NCBI GenBank assembly: GCA_965112735.1
Contig: OZ218956.1
Span: 3,410,001-3,474,000, forward strand
DNA length: 64,000 bases
Direction of reading: 5' to 3'
DNA from: Phaeosaccion multiseriatum
Lineage: Eukaryota > Protista > Ochrophyta, other classes
Part shown: in pieces, positions 1 through 14,104 of the stretch
How positions within the stretch are numbered: the first letter of the stretch is position 1
Layout: the number at the start of each line of letters is the position of its first letter
Program-made: the position numbers and the translations under genes
The notes under the pieces: generated by a model
The model's database searches: none
The model's input: only the letters and a program-made list of their open reading frames with translations
What the model was told of the DNA's origin: nothing

Positions 1-107
1 CTCGGTAATGTAAGGCCCTTTCCAATTCAACGTCTTAGTATGAGCCAAAGTCTTGGCTGATACAACACCCAACAGTGGACGAAAAAAGAAAACTGACACG
101 TCCTCAC

Positions 108-1321
108 CTCCTTCATGATTCCCTGCATCTTGGGGTTCTGTAGCAGCCCCATCAGCTCGGGGTTGCTCATGGCTTTTTGCATCATTTCCGGCGTGAACCC
201 CCCGGGGAGCTTTCCCTCTGAATCAGTCATTTGCTTTAAAGTCTCCTGTACAGTATGGAAAGAAGTTGAGAATCAAGGGCGCAGTCTGCAAGTTCAGGGG
301 TGCGAGCGCAAAAAAAAAGCATAGCAAGTATCCCCTTCCCTTCTTCCCTCCATCCCTCCCTTCTTCCTGCCCCTCCCCCCCCCCCCATACCATCTCCCTC
401 CCTCCTCTCCTCCTCTTCCTCTTCCTCTCTCTCCTTTTGCCATCCCCCTCCCTCCCCCCCCCCTTTGTGCTCCCTCCTCCCCCTCCCAGACACCAGCCCC
501 GCCCCCTTACCGGGTCGCTGGCCTTCTTGACCCCCTCCTGGAAGTCAGCGTCGAAGCTGGCCTTTTGCGACTCCTTGGAGAAGTCTTCCAGCACCTTGGG
601 GTCCGCCTTGCCCAACAAACGAGCGTCTGCCAGGAGCTTGGTCAGCTCGTGCTGTGGAGCAGGCAAGACAGGCACGGGGCGTAGAGTTTAGATGGCAGCA
701 GGCGTGGGTGTGAGGCCAAGGAACGGACGCAACGGACGCAATATGCAACAAGTAGGAAGCAGCGGCAGAAGCGGTGATATGGTGCGAGAGCAACCCTGAG
801 CAACCCTTTTCAACGGCAGAGGCAGGCGCAGGAACGCTCTTCATTCGGGGGGATGGGGAGGAGATTCGAGCAGCATGCGACACAGGCTGAAGCGAACGAT
901 ATCAAGAGTGAAGCCTCTCCCCCCCCCCCCTCCACCGAAGAAAGGGCGGAGGGAGAACACTGCTTGCAGAGCAGGGGGTGGAAGCAAACTGTCCACAAAA
1001 GACCTCGCTCCGCTTTCCCATTACCTTCTCGAAGCATCCCACGTAGCTCACTCCGCGCACGTCAAGCTCGGCTTTGATCTCTGCCACTCTCATTTGGTCA
1101 GGGTCCATCTCAGCGCCCTCGCTCATGGCCAACCTGCTGCCCCTGGTCCGGCGCTGTCGCACCACGGCAGCCCGCACGCGCGAAGAGCAGCTAGGACGGG
1201 AGAGTCCAGCTGCGCCGCGTGCGACCGAGCTTCTTTCTACGGATGCCGGTGGTGCTAGCGGAGTGAGGACGAAAGCGCCTGTCCACGAGGCCAGCAGGGG
1301 GAGAACAACCCATCGAAGCAT
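108..1321 (-). CDS. Plastid-targeted STI1-domain protein (HeH/LEM-like motif + STI1), 3' end runs off the window
   Basis: Exons 1321-1025, 651-511 and 245-108 join in frame via GT-AG introns. N-terminus MLRWVVLPLLASWTGAF is a signal peptide + transit peptide; MRVAEIKAELDVRGVSYVGCFEKHEL motif; STI1-like PEMMQKAMSNPELMGLLQNPKMQGIMKE. Confidence 0.75.
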
Positions 1322-1677
1322 TTTTGCTCCTCTCTTTCCCGATTCCAGATACCTGAACCCTTGCGAGGCACTTCTGGGGAAGCCTAATACGCGTTTCAAG
1401 GAATCAATGAAGGACGCAAGGTGGTAGAAGAGCAGGCGCGTCAAAATGCCTCCTTGAAGCTGCTTGTGGCGCGGAGAAGGAGATGTTCAGTTTCAGTTTC
1501 AGTTTCAGTTTCAGTTTCAATTGGTTGCCCCCTTTTCTTCAATGTCTCATTTCTCACCTTCTTCGTTCTTCGGGGTGTATGTTTCAACCTGTCCTCCTTG
1601 CTGTCACGCTCCTTAGTGTTTACGTTTCCAGAGAGAAAACAAGCCAACTGATACAGAAAGAAAGAGAGAAGAGCACC

Positions 1678-4183
<2,506 letters not shown>

Positions 4184-4888
4184 AGCTGCTCCTCTCCTCT
4201 CTGCCTGGAGTGGTGAGAGATGTCAGGTATCTCCCAAGCTGAGTGCTATCGTTGCCGTCAAGGAGAAGAGTGGTGCGAAATGACACTGTTCGTGGTGCTG
4301 TCCTTACCCAGAGACGCAGGAAGTTTGCTTGCTTTATGCCAAATGCTGTCGAATGAGCTCTTCTCAGTGAGTTGGATGGCTGGTTTGTGAATGAGTGAGT
4401 AGGAAGAGGGGGTGAGTGAGTGATATGAGTATTTGATCGCTCAATTCAAGGGTTGCGTTCGGCACACACTGTGTCATCCTATGCACACTATCAAGGGGCA
4501 TATCGGCATAACGCTCATGGTCGTGTACGGAAGACAGCAGTCATCCACCAACACGCATCGAACCGAATCAACTTTTGAGGAATCTATCACTCACTCACTC
4601 ACTCACTCACTCACTCACCCACCCACTCACGCACTCCACGCACTCCACTTACTCACTCACTCCGCAGTACAGCATACGATACAAACAATACAAAGTACAG
4701 GGGCGCATTCATGTCCACCTATGCGTTGCACGTACAGCACATTCACATTCACGAACACGAGTACTTTTAATGCTTTTCATAACCATTTCATTAGTTCAAG
4801 TGTCAGGCAGGGAGGTTGCTGTGCTGTGGTGTTGTCGTTGTGATTTTCTATTTATGTACTGTCTTGTCTTAGAGTGCTGCTTCTCCAC

Positions 4889-6641
4889 CTACGAGCCTCC
4901 TAGGCTTGGGCGGCTAGGAGGATTTGGATCATGCTTCGGCTCTCCAGTGAGGATGTTGTACCCGCAACGAGAGTCTCCGAGCTTGTTCAAATTGTTCGAC
5001 CGCAGAGTCGCTCTGTTGGGGGGGTGGGGGTGCGTGCGTGCGTGCGTGCGTGTGTTTGTGTGTGTGTGGGTGGGGGTGTGGGGGTGTGTGTCGGTGTGGG
5101 TGTTTACATGGGTGGGTGTCCAGAGGGGAGGGGAAAAGGCCAGGAGAGAGATTTGAGAGGGGTGTGTGGAAGAGAATTGAGTGCCACAGCGCTGAGCTTC
5201 TTTCCATGCTCACTGACCACTCACGAACGCACGCACTCAATCACATCTCGCGCCCTCCCTCCTTCCCCGCCCGTATGCCTGCCTGCCCATACGCCTGCCT
5301 ACACATCCCATACACCTCTACACGACTGTCCATATGCCTACCTGTACTTGACCATGTCGTCGGAGTATTTTAGCCTCTCCCCTTCCTTCCCGTCATTGTA
5401 GCGCAGTGAAATCATGTTGTATGGCACGCCGCTCTCGTTCTTCTTGGCCTTGGCGCTGTCCTCCTGGGCCCGCACTCCCTTCCAGTGCTCCTATGACAAG
5501 GGTCAGGAGTGAGTGTTAGGAGGGTCCAGGGTGTCAGTCAGGGGTGGAAAGGATGTGGAGGGTGTCGAGAGTCGAGGGATACCACAGCCAGTCACAACGT
5601 ACAGCCAACACTACCCTACTACGGCTCCTGTCTACTCCTGCTCCTGCTCCTGCTTCTCCTTCTCCTCTTTCTCCTTCGTACTACTTGTTACCTCCTCGTC
5701 GTGTACTTTCTTCTGCATGCCGTCCCAGCGCTCCCTCTCTCTGTCGAGCTTCTGATTTCTCCTGACGAGGTTCACTTGCTGCTTCTTCTCGAACTGTGCC
5801 TGGCGTCGGAGGTATTCCTCCCCAACCACGTCGGAGTGGAAACGATCGGCGTCTGTGAAGCACAGAGCGAGCAGCGCCAGTGCCCAGTGCCGCCCATCAG
5901 TATGGTCAGGGCGTGGAGGGATGAGGGTAACGAGGGTAGGGAAGGTAAGAGGGTGAGGAGAGGGGGGAGGAGGGCTCGCTGGCCCGTGTCCAACGTGCCT
6001 TGACTTCGAAAGACGTTCGTTTCCTCTCCCTTACTCAGAGGCTGCAAAGTGGTCGGCCGCGTGACCACGTGTGACCCACCCTGACCCCTTACTCCTTCCC
6101 ATGTCAGTAGAGAGACTGCCTGAGAGCGTGCCTGCCGATCCAGTACACAGTTGTTTCTCTCACTCCCCCTCCTCCCCTCCCTTTCAATCCCCTGACCCCC
6201 CGGGCTCCTGCAGGCGAGGCACCAAAGAGCTTTGCTGTGCTCAGCAGTATCCGCTCTGTAATGCTCTGCAGTTCAGCAGTTCCCACTGCCTACCCACCAA
6301 CGCACCTGCGATAAAGCCTGCCGCCCCTGATTGCAGCTCGGTCAATGAGACTCCCTCTGGAGGGAGGTTGTCCCTGTACTGCCTCGCTGCCTTGCCCGCT
6401 CTGTTGATGAGGCGGTGTTTTTCTAGCGCTACCTTGTCCTTCATCGCCCGCCGCTCGAGTCGAGTCAGAGGCTTTATGTTCCGCTGTGCAAACGATTGGT
6501 TTGTGGTTTGGGAGCGGAATGGGAGAGCGTTTGTGTGAGTTTTAGAGAGACTGGAAGTGAAAGAGACGAGGGATCGATAGCTGGTCAAAATCTCTCACTT
6601 ACAAAGCCATAGTCACTCGACGTTGGTTGGCCTTCCTCCAT
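4889..6641 (-). CDS. Hypothetical charged coiled-coil protein (about 5 exons), possibly flagellar/microtubule-associated
   Basis: Exons about 6641-6603, 6483-6306, 5853-5695, 5490-5342 and 5011-4889 join in frame with GT-AG sites. Contains PYNMIS and GYNILTG short motifs; function not recognised. Confidence 0.6.
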
Positions 6642-7328
6642 GGCCCTCTTCCTCGCCTGGCTTCGCTGTCCCCTCTCCCACTCCAAGTCTCCGTTCAGCC
6701 AGCTGATTGATAGTTGGCTACACGCCGCCCTCCTCGCGCCCTTCTTTCCTCTCAATTCCTTCTCTTCTCTGTAACGGGATACTCGTAACGGCGACTTCAG
6801 AAGTCGATCATATCGAATTCAAAAGTAGAGGTCAATTGACCACCAGGCGGGTACCGATGGGTATCCCCAAAAAAACAAAAAAGAGGAAGAAATTCACACA
6901 CACACAATATAGGAAAGCTTGTCGCGGTTGCGTGATTGAGGTAGGCTGAGAGCAGGAGTGGAGAGAGGGGGGAGGTATCTGGATTGTCCGAGAGGGGAAG
7001 GGAGGCACAAGATCTCCAAATAACAGGGCCCCCGTTGGGGAGTTTGTGTAGCATGAGACGAAAGAAAGGGCGAGTAGGGCCGCCGCCGGAAGGGACGCTT
7101 GGCTGGCGGCGCGCGTGGTACGCCACGAGATGGGGTTGCTGCATTGGTGTATGCGTCTCACCCGCTCTCCTTCTCTTCCTCTCTTCCCCCCCTCCTGTTT
7201 GTTTCCCTCTCCTTGGCTCTGTGTCCAATTGCTTGCTGGTGCTGCTGCCGGTGCCACCCCTGTCGCTTCTCCCATGCCTCGCTATCCACAGCAGCAGTCT
7301 GCCCCTGGGAACTGTACTCGAAGGCATT

Positions 7329-10300
7329 ATGGCGGATAGCAGCGATAGCGAAGACGACGTGCCCATTGGGAAGCTCAAGGCGGTGAAGAGGAAGAGGGAG
7401 GCGGCAGCCGACAACGGCGATGATGATAGCGACGACGAAGACGTCCCTCTAACCAAGCTCAAGGCCTCCAATAGTGTGGGGGGGGGTAGTAGTACCAAGC
7501 GGAGAGGCAGCTCCGGCAAGAAGCAGAGCTACAAGGAGGAGGATAGTGACGAGGACGAAGAGGACGCATTCGAGTCTCCAAAGAAGAAGAAGAAGACGAC
7601 GAAGAAGCTGACGGTGTGTATACTGGTTTGTTTGGGGATGCATTTTCCCTTGTTCTCTCCGCCGTCCCTCCGCGCCCCTCCGTCCCTGACTCCCTCGCTC
7701 TGTGCCTACGCTGACCAACAAACAACGCCATTAACGCCAACTTCAGAAGAGGAAGCCGGCCGATAGCGAGGGCGACGAATCGGAAGATGACGGCATTGAC
7801 CACGACGACGAAGACGAAGACATGGACGATGACTTCGTGGATGAGGAGGAGGAGGAGGCGGGCGCTAAGAGGAGAGGCAGCGGCAAGAAGAAAGCGACGA
7901 AGAAGGCCTCTGCCAGCAGAGCCAAGGGCAAAGCCAAGCCTCGCACAAAAGCAGCCCCTAGTACCAAGGGCAAGGCCACCAAGAAAGCGGCGCCCAAGAA
8001 GGAGACGTGAGTGACTGTGGAGACGGGAGGCAGGAGGGTGGAAGGGGGAGGGTGGGTATGGGTGGAGGGGAGGGGAGGCAGCAGCTGTGCTGTGGCAGTT
8101 GGTGAAGTAGAGCAACGGAGAGAGTAACCTCGCCCCCTGTGTCTCCCCTCTCTCCCTCCCTCTCTCTATTTGCTCTTTTGTTGCGCCACCTACCTCCCAG
8201 TGTACGCAAGGTGAAGGAGCTGACTAAGCTCGACAAGATCGAGCAGGCCCTCAAGGCCTACAAGTGGTGGGAGGCACCCGCCCTGCCAGAGGGGAGGCAG
8301 TGGTACCACCTAGAGCACAACGGTGAGGGACGGCAGTCGATGGAGAGGGAGGAAGGGAAGACGGGGTACAGCCTCCGTGGGAGGATGGACTCGAGCGCCT
8401 GAACACACCCACACCCACACACACACACATCTGTCTTTCTGCCTGCTCTGTGTGTGTGTCTCTCTCTCCTCCCTCCCTCCCTCTCCCTCCCCTCTTTCCC
8501 TCTCTCTCTCGACCCATCCACCCCAACTTTTAGGGATCAACTTCCCTCCCAACTACGAGCCGCACGGAGTGAGGATGTTGTACAATGGGGAAGAGGTGGA
8601 CCTCACCCCTGCCCAGGAGGAGCTCGCCACCTTCTTCGCCAAGGAGAAGGTGAGGGAGTGAGGAGGGGCAGCAGCAGCAGCAGGAGGAGGAGAAAGAAGA
8701 GGAGGATGAAGGGGCTTCCCACGCTGCGCTTCATCCCAACAGACTCCCTTATCTCCTGCCTCGTCCTTCGGGCGTATAGTCTAAAGCTCTCTCTCTCTCT
8801 CTCTCTGTCTTTCTCTATCTCACTGTCTATGTGTGCGCGTGGGTGGCCAGGCTAGAGAGAGCACATCTCCACAGCTAAGCAACCCCGACACGGCAGCCAA
8901 GTTCACCAAGAACTTTTTCGATGACTGGAAGCAGCTGCTGGGCAGCGGTGAGAAGGGTATATACAGCGTAGAGAGAGAGAGGGGGGGAGGGAAGGAGGGA
9001 GGGAGGGAGGGAGAGAGGGAGGGAGAGGGGGAGAAAGAGAGCAGTGAGTACAGCGCGTTCTCACTTCGTGATCGCTGCCATTGATACAGAACACATGGCC
9101 GGCAGAAGACTCCCACCCACACTCCTCTTTCCACACGCATGGGCATTGAAACTCACACTGCCCCTGCCCCTGCTACAGGACACACCATCCGCAAGTTCCG
9201 CAAGTGCGACTTCGGCCCCATCGTCACCCACCTCAACCACCTCAAGGAGGTCAATCAAGCCAAGACCGACCTCGAGAAGCAAGAGCTCAAGAACGAAAAG
9301 CAGGAAATCGTCCGGAGGTAAGTGCGTGGGTGTGTGTGCGTGTGTGTATGTCTGTGTGTGTGTGCGTGTGTGTATGTATGTCTGTGTGTGTGCGTGTGTG
9401 TATGTCTGTGTGTGTGTGCGTGTGTGTATGTCTGTGTGAGTGTGCATGTGTATGTGTGTGCGTGTTTGGGTGCGTGTGATTGTGTGCGTGTGTGTTTACT
9501 CGCAGGATTGGGTAGTGTGTGTATTCCTTGCTCCCCATCCCTCCCTCCTTACCCCCTCCCTCCCTCCCTCCCTCCTCTATTTTAGATTCGGCCTCGCCAT
9601 CTGTGACGGTCACTTGGAGAAGGTGGGCACCATGACAGTGGAGCCCCCCGGCCTGTTTCTGGGTCGAGGTAACCACCCCCTCATGGGCAAGTACAAGAAG
9701 CGGACCATGCCACACAGCCTCACCCTCAACATCGGGGAGGTGAGGGAGGGAGGGAGGGACGGATGAATGAATGAATGAATGGATGAGGGCTATAATTGGC
9801 GGTAGCAAGGGCAAGGGCTATAGGGGGAAGGAAGGTCAAGCACTGACGTATCTCCTCCCTCCCTCCCTCCCTCCCCCTCCAGAGCGCCGCCACTCCTGCG
9901 TGCAACGTGCCGGGCTTCGCGTGGGAGGTGCGTCGTGGCAAGCCCCTACTGCGTATCTTGCAAACTAAACCTCTAACTGCGTATCTTGCAAACTAGACCT
10001 CTAACTGCGTATCTTGCAAACTAAACCTCTAACTGCGTATCTGGCAAACTGAACCTCGAACTGTCCATCTTGCAAACTAAACCTCGAACTGCGTATCTTG
10101 CAAACTGAACCTCGAACTGTCCATCTTGCAAACTGAAAAAGTGTTTGAGAGAGAGGGTAGTGATTGTTGGGAGGTGTGAGAAAGACAGAGAGATAGACAG
10201 ACAGACAGACAGACAGGGGAGAGAAGAGGGGCGCTTTGCTGGCTCACTGAACTCTTGCTCACTTCCGCTTTCGCTTTCTTTTGAGGCTCGGAGGCTGCCC

Positions 10301-13300
10301 TTTACATGCCCACCCGCAGCCACACCCACCCCCAGCGCCTAGGCTCTCTCTCCCTTTCAGTCGTCCAGTAGTGCAGAAAGAATGCCCTATAAAACGACTT
10401 CTTCACCGTTCCTCCCTCTCCCTCCCCTTTCCCACACCCACTCCCACTCCCTCCCACTCTCCCTCCCTGACTCACTCCCTCCCCCTCCCTCCTTCCCCCC
10501 CCCCCCTTCCTCCCTCTCCCTTCTCCCCCCCCCCCACCCTCTGCACCTTCCCTCCAGTGTGTGCAACACAAGCCCAACGTGGTCGGTCTCGCCTCTTGGA
10601 AGGAGAATGTGCTCGGCAGCAACAAGTACGTGCAGCTCAGCGCTGCCTCCTCCTTCAAGGGAAAGAGCGACATGGACAAGTACGATAAGGCAATGAAACT
10701 CATGGGCTACATTGAGAAGATTCGGGCCGACTACACCAAGACCATGAAGAGCACAGACCGCCTCACACGGCAAATCGCCACGGCGGTGTGGATCATTGAC
10801 AGGTGCTTGTGGGTGGGTGTGTGCGTGAGTGTGTGCGTGCGTGCGTTAATGTGTGTGTGCGTGTGTGTGTGAGCATGCATACAGGGGCACAGTCAAGCGT
10901 ATAGATAGGCACCTTCCCGACCAACGCCCACGCCAAACCCTCACACCACACCCACCCACCCACCCACCCAACTTACTCTCCCAATCCACCCACCCACCCA
11001 TCTACCACCCATCTACCCACACGTCCTCAAATTCAAACTCAAATGAGAAAGGCTGGCGCTCCGTGTGGGTGGCGAGAAGGGGGAGGACGAGGCAGACACA
11101 GTGGGGTGCTGCTCCCTCCGTGTGGAACACCTTAGCTTCTCAGAGGATGCCAATGCCCACGAGATTGAACTCGAGTTCCTGGGCAAGGACTCTATGCTCT
11201 TCAAGCAAAACATCGACTTTGAGCAGTACGGGGAGGTGGGCTTGCAGGTGTTCATGAACTTGCAGGGCTTCGTCAAGAAAAAGCGGCCGGCGGAGGATGT
11301 CCTAGAGAATCTGACACCAGGTAAGGTAGGGGTAGGGTAGGGTATTATAGGGTAGAGAGCTTCCTCTGAGCTCCCAGACGCATCGATATTCGATCTGTTC
11401 GATACTCATCGATTTGCTCGACATGTTTTCGGTATTCGATACTGATCGACGGCACTGGAAGTGAAACCGAATCTGAACCTGACCCTGCCCTGACCCTGAC
11501 CCCTGCTCTTGTCCCCCTGCCCTTGACCGTGAGCCCAGGTATCCTGAACCAGCACCTGCAGAGCCTGATGCCGGGTCTGTCAGCCAAGGTGTTCAGGACC
11601 TTCAACGCCTCCTTCACTCTGCAGAACGAGCTGCCCAAGGCCGAGGATCTCAAAGGCCTGAACCTGCAGGAGATTATCGTGGAGTACAACGCCGCCAATA
11701 AGAAAGTCGCCATCCTGTGCAACCATCAGCGCACCGTCAGTACCGCGGCCAAGGAGAGCTTGGACACATTCAACGGGAAGCTGGAGACACTCAAGCAACA
11801 GGTGGGTGTAGTATGTCAGTGGGTGTGGGCGGGTGGGCGTGTGTGGGTGGGTGGGTGTTGAGTGTGAGGGAGGGGTGTTTGTGTATTTGCATGCGTTTGC
11901 ATGCGTGCGCGCGTGTATGCGTGGTGCGAGCTTTGCTGGCCTGCAGCGTAGTCGTAGGACTAGTAGTAGTAGTAGTAGTAGTAGTATAGTAGTAGAAAAG
12001 AAAGATAGTAGTAGTAGGAGGAGGAGGAGAAGTAGGAATAGAGTAGGAGTAGGAAAGTATAGTAGTAATAGTAGCTGGTAGTAGTAGTAGTAGTAATTAG
12101 TAGCAGTAGCAGTAGTAGCAGGAGTAGTAGTAATAGTAGTAGAAGTAGGAGTAGAAGAAGCAGTAGAGTAAAAAGGAGGTGTGAGGCACCCCACCTCACC
12201 TCCTCTCCCTCCCTCCCTCCCTCCCTCCCCCCCTCCTCACCTCCCCCCTCCCCACCTCCCTCCATCTCTCTCTGTCTCAACAACTCGCTTAGCGCAAGGA
12301 GCTGAAGGAGATGAAGAAGCTTATCGCGAGTGGCAAGGAGAAGAAGGTAGTGCTGAAGGACGAAGACAAGTCTCTGTCGGAGAGCATCTCCAAGGCCCTA
12401 CAAGACTCCAAGGTAGGAGGGGGATGGAGGGAGGCAGGCAGGCAGGCAGGGACGGGAGGAAGGATTGAAGGAAGGAAGGAAGGGAGGGAGGGAGGGAGGG
12501 AGGGAGGGAGGGAGCCCCTCTCTCTTTTCCTCTCCCTCCCTCACTCCGTCCCTCCCTGCCCCCCCTCTCGGCCTTTTTGCATCAGCGTCAACCAACCAAC
12601 TAACCACCCAACCCCCCACCTCCCACCTCAAAACCATCCAACCCAACCCATAACCCAACCCATAACCCGACCCATAACCCAACCCATAACCCAGCCCATA
12701 ACCCCACCCATAACCCAACCCATAACCCAACCCATAACCCCACCCATAACCCAACCCATAACCCCACACCCCACCCCCGTCTAGGACTCACTGGCGAAGG
12801 CCACGACCGTGGACCAGAAACTCGCTGCCTCGTCAGCAAAGAAGGAGGCGATGAAGGAGCGAAAGGAGCTTGCAGGCAAGAAGTTCGATGAGATGCATTT
12901 GTTCGCCAAGACGCCCTCGGCTGAGCAAGTGGACGGGAGGATCAAGAAGTGGGCGGAGAAGATTGCCAAGATGGAGACCGACATTCGGGATAAGAACGAG
13001 AACAAGGAGGTGGGTGGTATGCCTGTTTGCCTTGTCTATATATCAATCTGTCTATCTATCCATCTGTCTGTAAGTACCCGAATTATGAACTAGCCCTGTA
13101 TACCCGAACCCTGACTCCTAACCCTTTTTTCACTCCCTCACTCTCTCACTCCCTCACCCACCCACCCACCATCGTGCCCATCCTACTCACTTGCCCACCC
13201 CACCCCCTCACCCACCCCACTCACTCACACTCACCCACCCACCCACTCACTGATCGTTCTCTCACTCACTTGCAGGTGGCTCTGGGCACGAGTAAGAAGA

Positions 13301-13575
13301 ACTACATGGACCCGCGAATCACAGTGGCATGGTGCAAGAGGAACGAGGTGCCCATCGAGAAGGTGTTCCCAAAGACGTTGAGGGATCAGTTTGTGTGGAG
13401 CATGAATGTGCCGCCGGATTGGGCCTTTTCCTTCCAAACCATCAAGGACGCGGAAAGGAAGAGCGCAGAGATTATCAAGAAGGCCCTCGGAGGGGGCGGG
13501 GAGGAGGAGGACGAGGAGGAGGACGAGGAGGACGGGGAGGAGGAGGAGGAGGAGGAGGAGGAGGAGGAGGGCTGA
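7329..13575 (+). CDS. TOP1: DNA topoisomerase I (type IB), many exons
   Basis: Motifs [65 protein letters not shown] and catalytic [12 protein letters not shown]; acidic/basic N- and C-terminal tails. Confidence 0.97.
9948..10136. repeat. 28-bp tandem repeat (about 6.7 copies) in a TOP1 intron
   Basis: Unit ACTGCGTATCTTGCAAACTAAACCTCTA with minor variants. Confidence 0.9.
12641..12765. repeat. 12-bp telomere-like tandem repeat (ACCCAACCCATA)n in a TOP1 intron
   Basis: About 10 copies directly visible upstream of the 3' splice site. Confidence 0.85.
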
Positions 13576-14104
13576 GCCACTCCTATCCCCTGAGGAGTGC
13601 CTAGGGGCGGGGGGGGGGCTGGAAGCGATCGTGTGTGTGTGCTGTGTTTCAGCGCTCAGCGTGTCGCTCGCACTTACTTCCTTCGTCGCTAACCAGCGAA
13701 GCAATCAGTCAGGGCGAAGCGTTCAGTCAGAGGCAGTGGGACCGTCAGCAAGTCAGTCAATCGGTGGCTGAGCGGAAGGATAAGATGAAGGGTTCATCCC
13801 GAGAAATGTACGGCCTACAAACGACGCGAGTTTGATGCGGTTTGAGTTAGAGTTTCGCTTCAAACTGTACCCGCACCCACTGTGAACGGTGTATTGGGGG
13901 GCTGGAGCAAGCTTTACTGGAGCAAGCTCTAGGGGCAAAGGTTGCCTTCCTTGACGTATTGTGTATTGTGTAACACGCGCTTCCCCTCAGCCTCCTTCGC
14001 TTAGGATAGCAGCGCTTCAGAATAGTGTCGACGCGAGGCAAGGAAGCATTCTTCCTCCTCCTCCTCCTCCTCCTCCTCCTCCTCCTCCCCATTCACTGTC
14101 CCCC

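Noticed and set aside
6770-6805. Twin GTAACGG motifs upstream of TOP1 (Myb/MSA-like)
   Set aside because: Too short to support without TSS or conservation data.
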